In this document: positions 39,572 through 52,090 of the stretch, in pieces
Numbering within the stretch: the first letter of the stretch is position 1
Layout of the letters: each line of letters opens with the position of its first letter
Assembly: GCA_905250055.1 (NCBI GenBank)
Contig: CAJNOF010000027.1
Span: forward strand, 908,618-972,617
Length of the DNA: 64,000 bases
Source: Rotaria sp.
Lineage: Eukaryota
Direction of reading: 5' to 3'
The notes under the pieces: model-generated
The model's input: the letters and a program-made list of their open reading frames with translations, nothing else
Database searches by the model: none
Told to the model about the DNA's origin: nothing
Made by a program: the position numbers and the translations under genes

Positions 39572-39660
39572 CCGAACTTAGCTCAGCTGGCAGAGCGGTA
39601 GGCTGTAATGGTGTAATCATAGTAACCTATAGGTCCCCAGTTCAAATCTGGGAGTTCGGA
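39572..39660 (+). tRNA. tRNA-Tyr (anticodon GUA) with about 16-nt intron
   Basis: Acceptor stem CCGAACT/AGTTCGG. D-arm GCTC-AGCTGGCA-GAGC. Anticodon stem GTAGG/CCTAT with loop CT-GTA-A. Intron tggtgtaatcatagta after position 37. T-arm CCCAG-TTCAAAT-CTGGG. Discriminator A. Confidence 0.9.
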
Positions 39661-41570
39661 TTCGATATTTTTTTCTTTCTTTTTTTTCTTTCCTGTGTGT
39701 TTATATGGTAATAGGGTTACAATGATGAAAATATTTATTTTTGAAATAACTGAGCAATGAAAAGAAGTAGGAATTTGAGATTTTTTTTTCATCATAGATT
39801 TTTAAAAAATTCACAAAATTTCAAGATTTTCTTTTTATGTAAAATTTTACCTTAATTGAAAAATAAAATATCCAAATTATGTTCGAGATTTAGCTAATAG
39901 ACAAACATTATTTAGTGTATATTTGATTAATTGAACCAGCTGTAATTATTGAGTCAATGTGAAAAATATGTCATAGAGGAAAAACCATTTTTTTCTAATT
40001 TAGTCTTATGTTTATGTAAACAGTTTAACGCATCTGATTTAATCCACTTTAGGAATAAAATTTTAGATTGATAATTTTGCACTGTGAGTATCTTACAAAT
40101 TTATTCATCTTATAATTCTTTGATTAAATCTATTTGAATGTGTCTATTCATTCATTGTTTTCAGAAATACCAGCTGTATGAGTATAATACGTTGAAAGTG
40201 GCGCCAAAAATAGCGTTATCTTGGATGAATTATACCTCAGAGCTGGCAGGCTTGACTCTATGTATGTTATTTCTATATTTGCTAGTCAAAATGAATAGTT
40301 GATTGCTGTATTAAGCGTATTAATCTTATGTGAGGGTGTCATTAAGCTGCAAATGAAACGTCAGTCCTCTTAAAAATAGTAAAGCAGTAATTATATACAC
40401 ATGTATAATGCACTACCGGAAATGAACATTATGTTTTTGTTACCCACGTGTATGAAAGCTTTCATCAATGATGTAATTATTACGAGATACATGGACCATC
40501 AAGACTAAATTATGGTTCATGGACTAATGAATTTTATTATCATAATTGAGCTGTTATACTTTACAAATGTATAGAAAAAAAAGGATTCTATATAAATGCA
40601 AAAAAAGGAAAGTAAGAGCTGTATTTTGTATAGCAACAGTGTTAAAAACCAAATGATTTATGAAAAACCACACCATATTTATGATTTTTATTATAGACCC
40701 AAAATGTAATATTTAATTTCTAAATTAAAAACAAAAATCTTGTGACGGGCATCTGAAACATATCGAAATGAGAATTCTCAAAAGAATCTCTGTTTATTCG
40801 CTATAGTAGAACAATTCAACGATAAAGTGATTATTCTTCTAAACTTATCATAAAACCCTTACTGACATAGCTTGATAATCATGTTCTTCAGTGTATAGCT
40901 ACCACATAATTATTGTATTCACGCATTGGACAGCTTATTTTATGGCTAGTCACTTCAGATTATTCATCAGATAGCCTCATGGAAGATCATTACAAATTCT
41001 TTTGTTGTCTTTGTTCATACTCATTCGATTGATTTTTTTGGTAGTGTGCAATGTACTCGAATAGCATCGAAAGATAGTTATCATCTTACAGATCCAATTC
41101 TTATCCTAATTTTTGTAATTCACCGTTAAAATAAATGCCAAGATTTGTAGTAAAATTGTCAATAAAAATCGACCTATGAAGTTGCTGTGCTACTAATAAC
41201 AAATCAACCTATTCAAAACTTGTCTACTATAGAGTTAATATCAGACTCTCGGAAATAGTTTGGTAACGTTATCAATTCTACGTAGTATTGATCATCACAA
41301 AATAGAGCTTTCTGAAAAGCATTCTATTGCTTGGAAATATTTTACTTTTAGAAACTTTTCATCACTAAAATTTGCCTAATGGTGTTTTTATTTCTTTTTT
41401 TATTCGAATATGAATTTAATTTAACTTTTGCAGCTGAATAAAATACACAAAAATTCAATTCGAACGAACATTGAAAACATTTCATCATTCACTGTACATA
41501 TCAAAACTTAGTATACTTAATAGTAGATGTTTTTCATTATAGTTATTTCGTATCAAATGAAGATTAAGTA

Positions 41571-42363
41571 TTATGTGAGACCAATAAGTGATTTCATCAA
41601 TGGATACAATTCCATTATTTTGCCTTGTTTTTTCAGGTTTTCTCGATAATCTTCCGCATTTCTTTGAACTTTAAATAAATCATTAATGAGACGTATCATT
41701 TTAAACACTGCTGTATTAAATGAAAAACAATCAATTAAATAACGGGAAAGTAAATCAACATATTTAAAATGTGCATTTAACACACGTTGAGGATCGGACA
41801 AATTCCAAATTTATTCATTGTTTATTGAGACACCTTTTAGAAATATTAAAACAAGTATAAGTATTTGAATAATCAATCTATCATTATCAATAGTATTAAC
41901 AATTGAACGAAGAATAGATAGATAGTCTTGTGTTGCTTTATAACCATAAAATAGAATATTTAAACTTTTATGATATTGAGCAAAGATTTCATCCTTTGAT
42001 GATATTGATGTTGATCCAGTATCATCATACAATCAATCACTTTTTAGATCGAATACTAAAGCATCTCGTAATATAAGTAATGGAAGAAAATTATATTTAA
42101 TAAGTGTTAAACGATCTTGATCATATAATGATTCAAATTCAGGAATTAATCAAAGAAAATTAATAAGTTTTATTCGAAGAAATTTTTCTATTTCAATTAA
42201 ATCAATATATGAGAATGGTTTATTTAATGATTCAGCAAATGATATAACAGATGAAGCTGATGAATTTAATTGCAATGCATAAAGATAAGCATTTCGAATA
42301 TATGATAAAGAAGAATGATTGATATTATTTAAAAGAAATGATGAATTTAATGAAATATTATTA
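41571..42363 (-). pseudogene. protein-coding exon of unknown function with three in-frame stop codons (TGA, TGA, TAA) in an otherwise continuous 264-codon frame; preceded by a 49-nt GT..AG intron and an upstream exon (about 42413-42470)
   Basis: Minus-strand frame reads TNNISLNSSF...KLINFL*LIPEFESLYDQDRLTL...DLKSD*LYDDTGSTSISSKDEIFAQYHKSLN...GVSINNE*IWNLSDPQRVLNAHFKYVDLL...KIMELYPLMKSLIGLT* with no frameshift. ttttttctag acceptor directly upstream; intron gtaagaag...ttttctag. Confidence 0.45.
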
Positions 42364-44517
42364 GTCTAGAAAAAATAAGATGTCATGTTAGCTATTATTT
42401 TTTTTACTTCTTACCGGTCCACATTTTTTCGCATGTTTTGTGATTTCCGTTGAATGAAGTTGACGATTTCGTTGATTATGCCATTTTTTTGGATAATTCT
42501 CTTTTTTGTTTTATCAAATGATCTTTACACATGCCTAAATTTTAATTAGTATTATTAAATATAGCAAAAAAAAAACGCTAATACTTGAAGAAAAATAGTT
42601 TTTCCTGAAATGATTCAATTTTATTGGTTAAATAAAAAAAGATGAATGCATACTATCGACGAAAGAATTCTATATAATAAGTTATACAAGTAATGACTTA
42701 ATTGGAAACTTATTTATGTTTGGATTTTCCTTTACATGAACGACATGAAACCTGCATAAAATTATAACTTGATATAGGAGCTTCACAAATGACACATGTT
42801 AAAGCAACTTGACGTGGTTTTTGTAGTTGAATATTTTCGAAGAATCAGTCGATCTGTTGTATTCCTTTAACGAAAATAATACTTTAATACTTGTTAAAAA
42901 TCAGTACTTCTTGAGATAAAAATCGTTTATTTTCTTTTTTTCTCTTTATTTGATTTCAACGGTGAAAAATGTAATTATTTCGACTTAAAATATCTTTATC
43001 GTTATCAGTCAGTAATAAAAAGGTTTTGTTGTTTTAGTTTATAAACAAAGATTATATGATGAAATTTCACAGCTACTCCTATGTATGTATTGATGTAAAC
43101 AATCATAATGAAAACCTTTCATCCATAAACATGTTTATATAATGTTCTTTATTTGATGTGAGTCATACGTATGCTTTTAGACAAAATAAAAGGACTCACA
43201 AGAAAAAAGAATGTAAAAAATCGAAATGCATTTAACACTACTAAAACGATAATATTATTGAGTATATATCTTGATTCTACTAAATTGACATGAGTCAATC
43301 TTTTTTTTTAAACATATGGTATTAATTATTTGAAGAAATTTCCCTACGGTTCTTATTGGACTTTGTAAAATGTCAAAGATTTAAATGAATATGAAAAAAT
43401 GTACGAAGTCGAAAGTGCCACTGTCTCACTTCATTCAAAATCACACAATTGTACTATTTTAATTCTTTTCATTATTAACAGTTACTTTATAATTAGAAAA
43501 CTGATAAATTTGAATTGTATATATTAAAAAATCGTTAAACAATAAAATATTTTCTAAATATTGTTTATAATCAAATCCATCATTTATTTCTAGTTGTTGA
43601 AATATAATTTTTGTGATTTTCGATAGAATAATTGTATGAATGATAATTACAATAACCGCTGTCTTTGAATATGAAATGAGGAAATTAATAAACAATACAA
43701 AAGGCTATGGTAAAGAAGCGATTTTATCTAAACGATGTGCTCGAAACATACCATTGATAGAGTATAAATAGGAAACTTTAAAGTAAACAAAGTGTTCACA
43801 AACGTGTCTTGTTGTACCTACATAGTGATTTTATCATAGAATACTAAATATTTGTTAATAAATCTTGTGAATGAAAGAAAATTTGTTGCTTCGTATTCAT
43901 CAAACAAGAAGTTTCAATTTCATCTAGTGAAAATTAAAGTTTTAGTTTTGACCACGACATGTAAATATATATACATATATATAGAGTAATAATATTTCCT
44001 GATTTATATACAGATCAATGAGAAAGACTAATGATATGTTAATCAAAAAGATTCATAAATATATATTTTTTTGTACTAGTTATTGTCAATAAAATGCATT
44101 CAAAGAGTAGATGAAAAATGTTTATCAAAAGACTAATAGTCTATTTGTAACAATAAACAACAGTTTTCAACATCATTGAATATTGAATACAAAAAATTAG
44201 GTTTTTTTTTTGTATGATGTTCTTTTATGAAGACATTGCTTGAAATTTGCTGGTAGCATATAGTTAACTTTGATTTTTATGATTTTTGACAACTTAAACA
44301 ACAAATAAAGAATACTGAGCCTTTTCTTCAATGATAATAATTGGAGAATAGAAACCTTTTACTTGTAAGAAGCATGTTTCAAAACTGCGTAAAGCGAAGC
44401 ACTTTTTATTTTGTAAGAGACTGGATAGATTTATCTCTCTCTCTCTTATCAGTATGTATATTAATAGCAACACAGTTGTCTTTATACTAATCAGTTTTAT
44501 TACTAGCAAATTTTAGC

Positions 44518-46396
44518 ATGCAAATATTTCTTGTGCTTGCATTCGTTATGGTGAATTGTTTACTGGAAACTTTACAAGCCAATCGAACAGTTATAGTTCG
44601 TACTAAGTATCGTGATGTACTTGGTTATGAGACAAATATGGCTCGTATTTTTTATGGAATTTCATATGCATAACCACCTATTGGTGACTTGAGATATGCT
44701 GTTATTTTAAAATATTTATGATAATTGTTTCATATGGGATTCATAGATGGAAGCGATCAGTGCCAATTTCGAAATGGACTTCGAAAGTGTTGAATGCAAC
44801 AACACGGGTTTCAGCTTGTCATCAACCACCATGTGTTGGAATTTCTTTATTTCTTTGTCCGACAATAGTAGATAAATACACGATCTATTTTATTATTACT
44901 TTTAATATTATCCATTATTTTTTCCCGTCGATTTAGTACTCTGAAGATTATCTTTACTTGAACATATTTATACCACTATTGAGTGATTCATCATCAACAT
45001 CTCGTTTGTCAGTTATGATTTTTATTGCTGGTGGTAATTTCCAATATCTTGATGCGTCGGTACCAGTCTACGAATCTGAACGACTTGTTAATACAACGAA
45101 TGTCATTATTGCTCTTATTCAATATCGTCTTGATAAATACAAAGTAACATAGTAGATTCACATTTTTTTATCAAATATTTGAAAGGTGTACTTGGTTTTC
45201 TTGCAACGGGAACGAAACCAAATGATATAAAAAGCAATTATGATCTTCTTAATCAACGATTGGCTATTGCCTGGATTAAAGCGAATATTGATGCTTTCGG
45301 TGGAGATTCTAAACAGGTTCTATATATAGATCGAGAATGAATTTAAAAAATTTTCATATATATTCTTTTTTACAGATAACACTATTTGGTCAAAGTGCTG
45401 GAGCACAACCAGTGGCATTGCATCATATAACAAGTGAGATGCAATCCTTCTTTCAGGCGAATATTGTTCAAAGTGCTCCAATGGCAATCCCATTTCGGTA
45501 ATAATAATGACCATTGAATATGAAATGGTAGTGTTTTCTTTGAATTCCGAACTTATGAACAATATATTACACCTGCTACTCTTCTTGCTGAAGCACTTCA
45601 TTGTGTTATTGGAGATATAGGCTGTTTGCGCAAAGCATCTTATCAGGATATAGCTGCTGCTCAAATAAAAGTAAATACCATGTTGACTTCGTTGGAATTT
45701 TTACTATTTTTTGAGCCATGGGTACCTGTAATTGACAATACTATTGTAAAAGATCAGCTTATCGAAATAGTGAAGAATACATCTTTTCCACTTAAACCAC
45801 TTGTAATTGGGACATTGAATGAAGAAGCAATTTTTTACGTCTATGAAGCATGGGTAAAACCGATCACATTGTCGTTTTATCTTGAAATTATACTTTTCAC
45901 GTTTCGTGCAAATGCATTTAAAATGATGGAACGTTATCCACCTATTGAAGTTGACGATCTACGGCCACTCGTATGTCAAATGGCTATACAATGGGTATTA
46001 GCATGTCCGACACGTATTTATGCTCGTCAAGCTGCTTCATATTCGTATGTTTTTGGTTTTCCACTTGATTTTGATGGATGGGAAAATGAAACGTTTTGTG
46101 ATCATCATGTCTGTCATGCTGATGAACTACCTTATACATTTGAGTCCGTATGGGTTAATTTTGCAGATGCTGGCAAACGTGTTGCAATGAGTATGGCTAC
46201 TTATTGAACTAATTTTACCAAAACTTATGATACAAACCAACCCGTATCACAGTCAATAGTATGACCAAAAATGAATACTGATGAACTTTATTTGTACTTT
46301 CAAGATCCACTAGATGTTCGAAACGCTTATTTGAAGGATGAATGTGACTTTTGGGATGAAATTGGTTACAAAACAATCCCTTCAATCTATGTCTAA
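44518..46396 (+). pseudogene. carboxylesterase type B (cholinesterase-like alpha/beta hydrolase) pseudogene, 6 exons. In-frame TAA at 44671-44673 (conserved YA-E-PP position). Splice donor of intron 3 mutated GT to AT at 45132-45133. In-frame TGA at 46205-46207 and 46262-46264, both at conserved Trp positions
   Basis: Exons approx 44518-44700, 44754-44867, 44937-45131, 45186-45316, 45376-45497, 45522-46396. Family motifs: FYGISYA*PPIGDLRYA, PISKWTSKVLNATT..CHQ, SEDYLYLNIFIP, IAGGNF, YRL|GVLGFLATG..LLNQRLAIAWIKANIDAFGGDSKQ, ITLFGQSAGA (nucleophile elbow), FFEPWVPVIDN, SYSYVFGF..FDGWENE..HADELPYTF, Y*TNFTKT...*PKMNTDELYL...CDFWDE. Confidence 0.75.
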
Positions 46397-46740
46397 TTTA
46401 TGGATTCCGAATGACTGAGAAATTAAATATTGTCTATTCCTTTAATACATGTCATACGAACGAAAACTCTTCAAAGACACACAATTGTTATTTTTGCAAC
46501 TCTATAGATGTATCTCCTTGCCTCTTGTGATCATATTCTTGCTGTATCCGGTTATTGTTCAACATTTTTTGATTATTCCCAAATTTGTGTGATGATTCAA
46601 ATATAGAATATTTACTAAATGAATCGGAATTAAGTGAATGTTTCGGTGATGATGTATGAGCAAGACGTAGTGCTTCTTAGCTGAATTTGTTGACTTTCTT
46701 GAACTTTTGAATAGTTCTTTGTGACTTTAACCTCTGTGTA

Positions 46741-47690
46741 AAAAGTCTTCGGACAAAATATATGTTCAATTTTCTTTCATTTTTAAGTTGCAGGAGACAA
46801 TAAAAAGTAGTCAGCTAGAATGAAAATTTTGTGCTCTTTCTAAATATATAATCAGAATTTTTCAATGTCTTAAAGTTGTTTCTGAAAGAGCAAATTTTTG
46901 ATAGAAATCAAAAACAATGTTTGTACAAAACACTGGTTTCAAAGGCATTGGTAACTATGTTCACTCATTTTTCAGAGACCTAATTGTAATCGAAAAGGAT
47001 CAAAATCAGTTAGGTAGAAGCAAGATTTGATGCTCTTTCTAAATATATCGGTAGAACTTGGCCATGACTTACGGCTACTTGGCTATAAAGGAATACGTAA
47101 CTAAATAATTCGCCGAGACAAATAAGCTCTTTTCTCTGACGTGCAATTTCTCATAAGGATATTTTTGACTAGTTTTTTTCTGTCTAGTTTTGTAGGCAAT
47201 GTTATATGCTACAAAGCTGTGGCTTCAAATATTTTATAACTCAAAACAATCAAAATTTACAAATGATCTTCTACATACCACTCTATAGATGAGATAAAAT
47301 TTTTGAAACAATCGGTTTTTGACAGTTTTGATATCTTGAAATAGAAAGACACTGATCCTTTTCTACAATGTGTAGAAAGCAAATGAAGTTGTGCATTTTT
47401 TAGAGCAAGTTTTGCTCTACAAACCAGTGTAATAGTAGACTTTCTTATGATTAGAATTGAAGCACTTTTAATCGATATAGAAAAATGTAGTACAAGAAAA
47501 ATTCTGTACAAAGATTGCTTTTGGTTCCCATCAAAGATTTGCTCTTTCAGAAACAACTTTAAGTCAATGAAAAATTTTGAATATATATTTAGAAAGAGCA
47601 CAAAACTTTCATTCTAGCTGACTACTTTTTATTGTCTCCTGCAACTTAAAAGTAAAAGAAAATTGAATATATATTTTGTCCGAAGACTTT
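46741..47690. repeat. foldback / long-TIR non-autonomous element: about 220-bp near-identical inverted arms (46741-46960 and 47460-47690) around an about 500-bp core
   Basis: 46741 aaaagtcttcggacaaaatatatgttcaattttctttcatttttaagttgcaggagacaataaaaagtagtcagctagaatg... is the reverse complement of ...cattctagctgactactttttattgtctcctgcaacttaaaagtaaaagaaaattgaatatatattttgtccgaagactttt ending at 47690; a partial third copy at about 47020. Confidence 0.6.
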
Positions 47691-48523
47691 TTACATGGAG
47701 GTCAGTAGTCTTTTTTTCGAACATGGTTAATGTCTGCCTAGATATATTAATTTTTATTTCATTCATATACAGCTACTTGGCATGTCTATGATAATGATAT
47801 GAAAAATGTGACAAGATAAGAAGTTATTACAGAATAGGATGAAAATCATACTCTCGTTTTTCTCATACAAAGATAAAAGACGAACTAACGTGTCCTATTT
47901 ATAGTTGCGTATGTAAGCTTGCCAACTCACTCGAGAAACCTCTCTGACGTCTGATTTCTCGCACGAATCAACTTAGTCAAACAATCGTACTGGTTAGACA
48001 ACTGTATCTTAATCGAAATCCGTACGATTTTATCAAAGACCAATGAGTGGCCGTTTTCTCTTTGTTTAAGAGAATAATATTTGTTTAAAAACTCAATGAA
48101 TTCAATGACTTTAATTCTGTAAGGTACAACAAGTCGATAAAAAAATGTAAGAACCATTATTTGGAATAAAGATAGGTTTTATTATGCATTGAGTCGAGAT
48201 CATGATATTAAGAAGATAGACATATCGTCCATATATGCTTGCTCTTCTACAACCTGTTTTATACTTCTATTCTCTTTAAACTCTTTTTGATCTGTCTGCA
48301 TTTAAAATTGATTACATTGCAGAACTCTTGCACAAGATAAGAGTGTTGTTTTCTTTTGCTGTGTTATTGCAAGTAAGCTGCTGTATTTTTCATCTTCGTA
48401 AATAATGTGACAAAAAAACGTCTTATCATTGCACTCTACTGATATGGCATATAAAAATGCAATCACCTTTTCAATTATATTTTCATTTGTGTTTTGACAA
48501 CAGAGAAGTAACATACAACAAAA

Positions 48524-48666
48524 ATGAAAATAATTTTTGTCTTCTGTCTCCTTTTCGTGAACGTTTATTGTGTACACGCCTTTGAAGAACAATTGAACGA
48601 TTCATGGACATTATTTAAACGTATTTTCAAGAAAGAATATGCATCAAAAGAGGAAGAAATTGTTCG
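48524..48666 (+). CDS. cathepsin L-like cysteine protease (papain family C1A), exon 1 (signal peptide + start of propeptide)
   Basis: MKIIFVFCLLFVNVYCVHAFEEQLNDSWTLFKRIFKKEYASKEEEIV(R); donor GTGAGC. Confidence 0.9.
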
Positions 48667-48732
48667 GTGAGCAAAGTACATTATTTATAATTGTTACAAA
48701 TAGCACTTCTTTCTTTGCTATGATATCAATAG

Positions 48733-48838
48733 ACGAACAATATGGGAAAAAAATCTTGCTAAGATTCGTAAACACAATCTCGAATCCGATATGGGTCTTC
48801 ATAGTTACACAATGGAAATGAATCGTTTCGGTGATTTG
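48733..48838 (+). CDS. cathepsin L-like protease, exon 2 (propeptide, ERFNIN-type motif)
   Basis: RTIWEKNLAKIRKHNLESDMGLHSYTMEMNRFGDL; acceptor atcaatag; donor GTACGT. Confidence 0.9.
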
Positions 48839-48888
48839 GTACGTCTTTTAGGTTTATTGATTTTGTTAGTAGACACTTTATTGTATAG

Positions 48889-49009
48889 ACTCATGAAGAA
48901 TTCAAGAAACAAATGAATGGATTTAAGATGAGTACCAATGTTGATCAAAGCAAATACGATCGTCATATGTTTTTGGCACCATCAAATGTTGTTATTCCAG
49001 ATCAAGTCG
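48889..49009 (+). CDS. cathepsin L-like protease, exon 3
   Basis: THEEFKKQMNGFKMSTNVDQSKYDRHMFLAPSNVVIPDQV; donor GTAAGT. Confidence 0.9.
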
Positions 49010-49076
49010 GTAAGTATTTTCATTGAATAACTTTTCCGATGAATAAAAGATATTCAACATCTGTGGGTCTACATAG

Positions 49077-49390
49077 ATTGGCGTAAAGAAGGATATGTTA
49101 CTCCTGTTAAAGATCAAGGCCAATGTGGATCATGTTGGGCTTTTTCAGCTACTGGTTCACTCGAAGGTCAGACCTTTGCTAAAACCAAAACACTTCCTTC
49201 ACTCTCTGAACAACAATTGGTCGATTGTTCGAGCAAATTTGGTAATGAAGGCTGTGATGGTGGATTGATGAATAATGCCTTCGAATATATCAAACAAAAC
49301 AACGGTATAGATTCAGAAAAGAGTTACCCATATCAAGCCTATGATGGAAAATGTCGTTTCAAACCAGAAGATGTTGCTGCCACAGATATT
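49077..49390 (+). CDS. cathepsin L-like protease, exon 4 (mature domain, catalytic Cys)
   Basis: [32 protein letters not shown]...[13 protein letters not shown]...ATDI; donor GTGAGT. Confidence 0.9.
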
Positions 49391-49444
49391 GTGAGTGCTA
49401 TCTATCAAAAGAAAATAACAAGTCATTATATACGATTTCCATAG

Positions 49445-49777
49445 GGTTTTGTTTATGTCAAGGAAAAAAATGAAACTGACCTCACGATTGCAATTGCTAC
49501 AGTCGGTCCTATTTCAGTCGCTATTGATGCTTCGCAAGACTCATTCCAATTTTACTCGGGTGGCATCTATAATGAACCAATGTGCTCGTCGACTGACCTT
49601 GACCATGGTGTGTTGGCTGTTGGATATGGTAGTGAGGGAAAGAAGCATCCAACTGATTATTATATTGTAAAAAACTCATGGGGTGAAGGATGGGGTGATG
49701 GTGGTTATATTTTAATGCTTAGAAATTCGAATAATCAATGCGGTATAGCCACTATGGCTAGTTATCCACTTGTTTAA
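49445..49777 (+). CDS. cathepsin L-like protease, exon 5 (catalytic His/Asn, stop TAA)
   Basis: [30 protein letters not shown]...[12 protein letters not shown]...[39 protein letters not shown]. Confidence 0.9.
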   Translation, partial: GFVYVKEKNETDLTIAIATVGPISVAIDASQDSFQFYSGGIYNEPMCSSTDLDHGVLAVGYGSEGKKHPTDYYIVKNSWGEGWGDGGYILMLRNSNNQCGIATMASYPLV

Positions 49778-50859
49778 ATTTGTAAGCTTTCAATGTGAAA
49801 ACATTATCACATTGTTTGTTTTTTTTTCATTTGTTTCAATAAAGTTTAAGTGAACATCGAACAAGAAGGTCAAAGTTTGTTGTTTGAATAAGAATATATA
49901 ACATCTAAACGTGGCATGCAGTATCCATTTTAATCTGAGGAAATGAATATAATGAATTGATTTCAGTAACGCTCATGATGGTTGACCAATCCAGTTATAA
50001 GACAAACCATTAGTCAAGGCTATCCTACCCTATTTCAAAGAGTTGAGTTACTATTGTTCTTGTTGACGTACTTTACTTCTGCAAACGTATAGAAAACTTT
50101 GTGGTCTCAATTATTAAGGAAAGTTTCTTGATTAAAGACAGATTTTAATGTAAACTTTCGTTATCGTTGATAACGAAAAAAAATTAGCAATGCAACCAAT
50201 GTGTAGCTGATTACTTTATCTTATTCCAGAATAATATGAAATAGTCCTCTTCATTTGCAAAAACGACTTAGCTCGACACATACGAATTTCTTCTATCTTT
50301 CATCTCATTTTTTTTTTATTATTCATACTTCTTACTTATTTTCAATATAAATAGAGCTGATGCTAGGGAGAAAAAGCCTTTCGTTTTACATAGAAGACAA
50401 GTCTTTACTAAGATCTGAATATAGACTCATTCAATACCTATCAGTAAATAGGTCTTTGATGAAAAATCTCTTTTCACAAACAAAATATGATGACTTTACA
50501 TTGAAGGTAACAGAAGAAAAGCATACTGGCATTACATGATTGAAATTTGCAGAGATGTCATGGGTATTATCCATTAAGGTGGTCACACTCAAAGATATAT
50601 TCGACGAGTTCAAAACTTGCTTTGTAAAGAGAGGTATCAGTGGACGCAGAGAATTTTAGTCATATTCTTACACAGAGCATACCAAAAGTAATGGTGCCTA
50701 CCCTATAATATTTTACAGAAGACTCCAGGTAGTTTTTTCTATAATATTCTGATAGTCTAATTCCTGTTCTATTAATTCTACAGTATTTCATAAATCTTTA
50801 AACGATAGTATAATATTGAAAACATAGCAAAAAATAGTGAGTGGTTCACAAAAGACTTT

Positions 50860-51960
50860 TGTTTAAAGCAAGTTTATCAAGTTTTTATTACATCAAATGT
50901 TCAAAATAATCACTTTGGTTGTTTACACATAACTGCATTCGTTGAATCCATTTATTAAAAATTTTTTTATACTCTTCTTTTTTCAACGACTTCATAAATT
51001 TGATTACAGATTCATACAATGATTCGGAATCATCTTGATCGTCAATATTTTGTTTGATCAAATGAAACAACCAAAAGTAACATGGAGCCAGGTATGAAGA
51101 ATTAGGTGGATGTGGCATTATTGTTACGCCTTCCGATTCAAGATAATTAACTAAGTCTTCATGAATATGTGGTTTTCCATTATCATGATGAAGTTTAATT
51201 GATCGAATATCTAAGGAAGGTAGTTGGTTCTTAATTTCATCAATAACAGCTTGCAAACAATTATTGATGTAATATTGATGATCGATTGTTTCTCCACGTT
51301 TAACAGAATGAATTAAAACTGGACCAATTGACTTAAACAAAATAGACAGGAGAGTTCTTGGAACAAAACGAATACGTCGAACCACCGCCAGTAGAGGATC
51401 TTCACTTCCAACCCAATCAGCATTCGATGACTTTCGACTGATTTGCTTGTGATAAAATCATGATTCATCACTTGTCACTACATGACATCATCTCCAAACA
51501 CCTTGTTCATATTTTAACAAGTTTTCTTGGTATATTCGTACTCGTTCAGCCTTTTGAGAGTTCCTCAGATGTTTGAGAACATAACGTACAGTAATTTTTT
51601 TCAACTGTGGATGATCAGAAATAATTCGTTGAACGGTGCCATAACGTAGACCATTTTGTGCTTCGAGTTCGTCAATTGTACCATAAGACTCATCATTAGT
51701 AAGATTGTGAACTTATTCAATATTTTCAGATGTGGTCTCCATTATAGGTCAGCCAGCTCTTTCTTCATCTTCAACTTCTTATCGATCTTCACGAAACCAT
51801 TTGACCATCTTTGAACAGTTCTAAGAGGGGGACCTTCATCATCAAAAGACAGTATATAGTTCATTATGAAAAACTATGGATTGAATATGAAGTGCACTAC
51901 GTATTTTAATATAGAAACGAAAATGTTCTTCATCCATTTGAAGAGAAGCGAACAGTTTTG
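50860..51960 (-). mobile_element. degenerate mariner-like element (Tc1/mariner, cecropia/mauritiana-like transposase) with internal stops/frameshifts; termini not resolved
   Basis: C-terminal ORF 50888-51385: HDNGKPHIHEDLVNYLESEGVTIMPHPPNSSYLAPCYFWLFHLIKQNI...DYFEH (D,D34D region, PHPPYSPDLAP-like). N-terminal remnant MDEEHFRFYIKIRSALH... at about 51914 followed by stops. Confidence 0.8.
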
Positions 51961-52019
51961 ATCGTATTATGATCTACATTGAAAACACCATGCTACATTG
52001 TCGTGGACGTATTATTTCT

Positions 52020-52090
52020 TTTCTCCTCTTTTTTTCTATTAATCTTCTCTTCTCTTCTCTTTTCTTTCTTTTCTTTACCTTTTTACCTTC
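52020..52090. repeat. CT-rich low-complexity tract
   Basis: ttctcctctttttttctattaatcttctcttctcttctcttttctttcttttctttacc. Confidence 0.6.

Noticed and set aside
41571-42363. Nuclear mitochondrial insertion (flatworm mito code has TGA=Trp)
   Set aside because: Conceptual protein is hydrophilic and charged, unlike mitochondrial membrane proteins. The ORF is flanked by a normal nuclear spliceosomal intron
41571-46396. Hypothesis that in-frame TGA (at Trp positions) and TAA (at a Glu/Gln position) reflect a reassigned nuclear genetic code (UGA=Trp, UAA=Glu/Gln)
   Set aside because: All intact genes in the same window (cathepsin L, USP, GCH1, RidA-like, GT25-like, EEP) use only TGG for Trp and terminate with TAA/TGA. 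The esterase also carries a GT to AT splice-donor lesion. All changes are the transitions expected in a decaying gene under AT-biased mutation. So these are pseudogenes, not recoded genes
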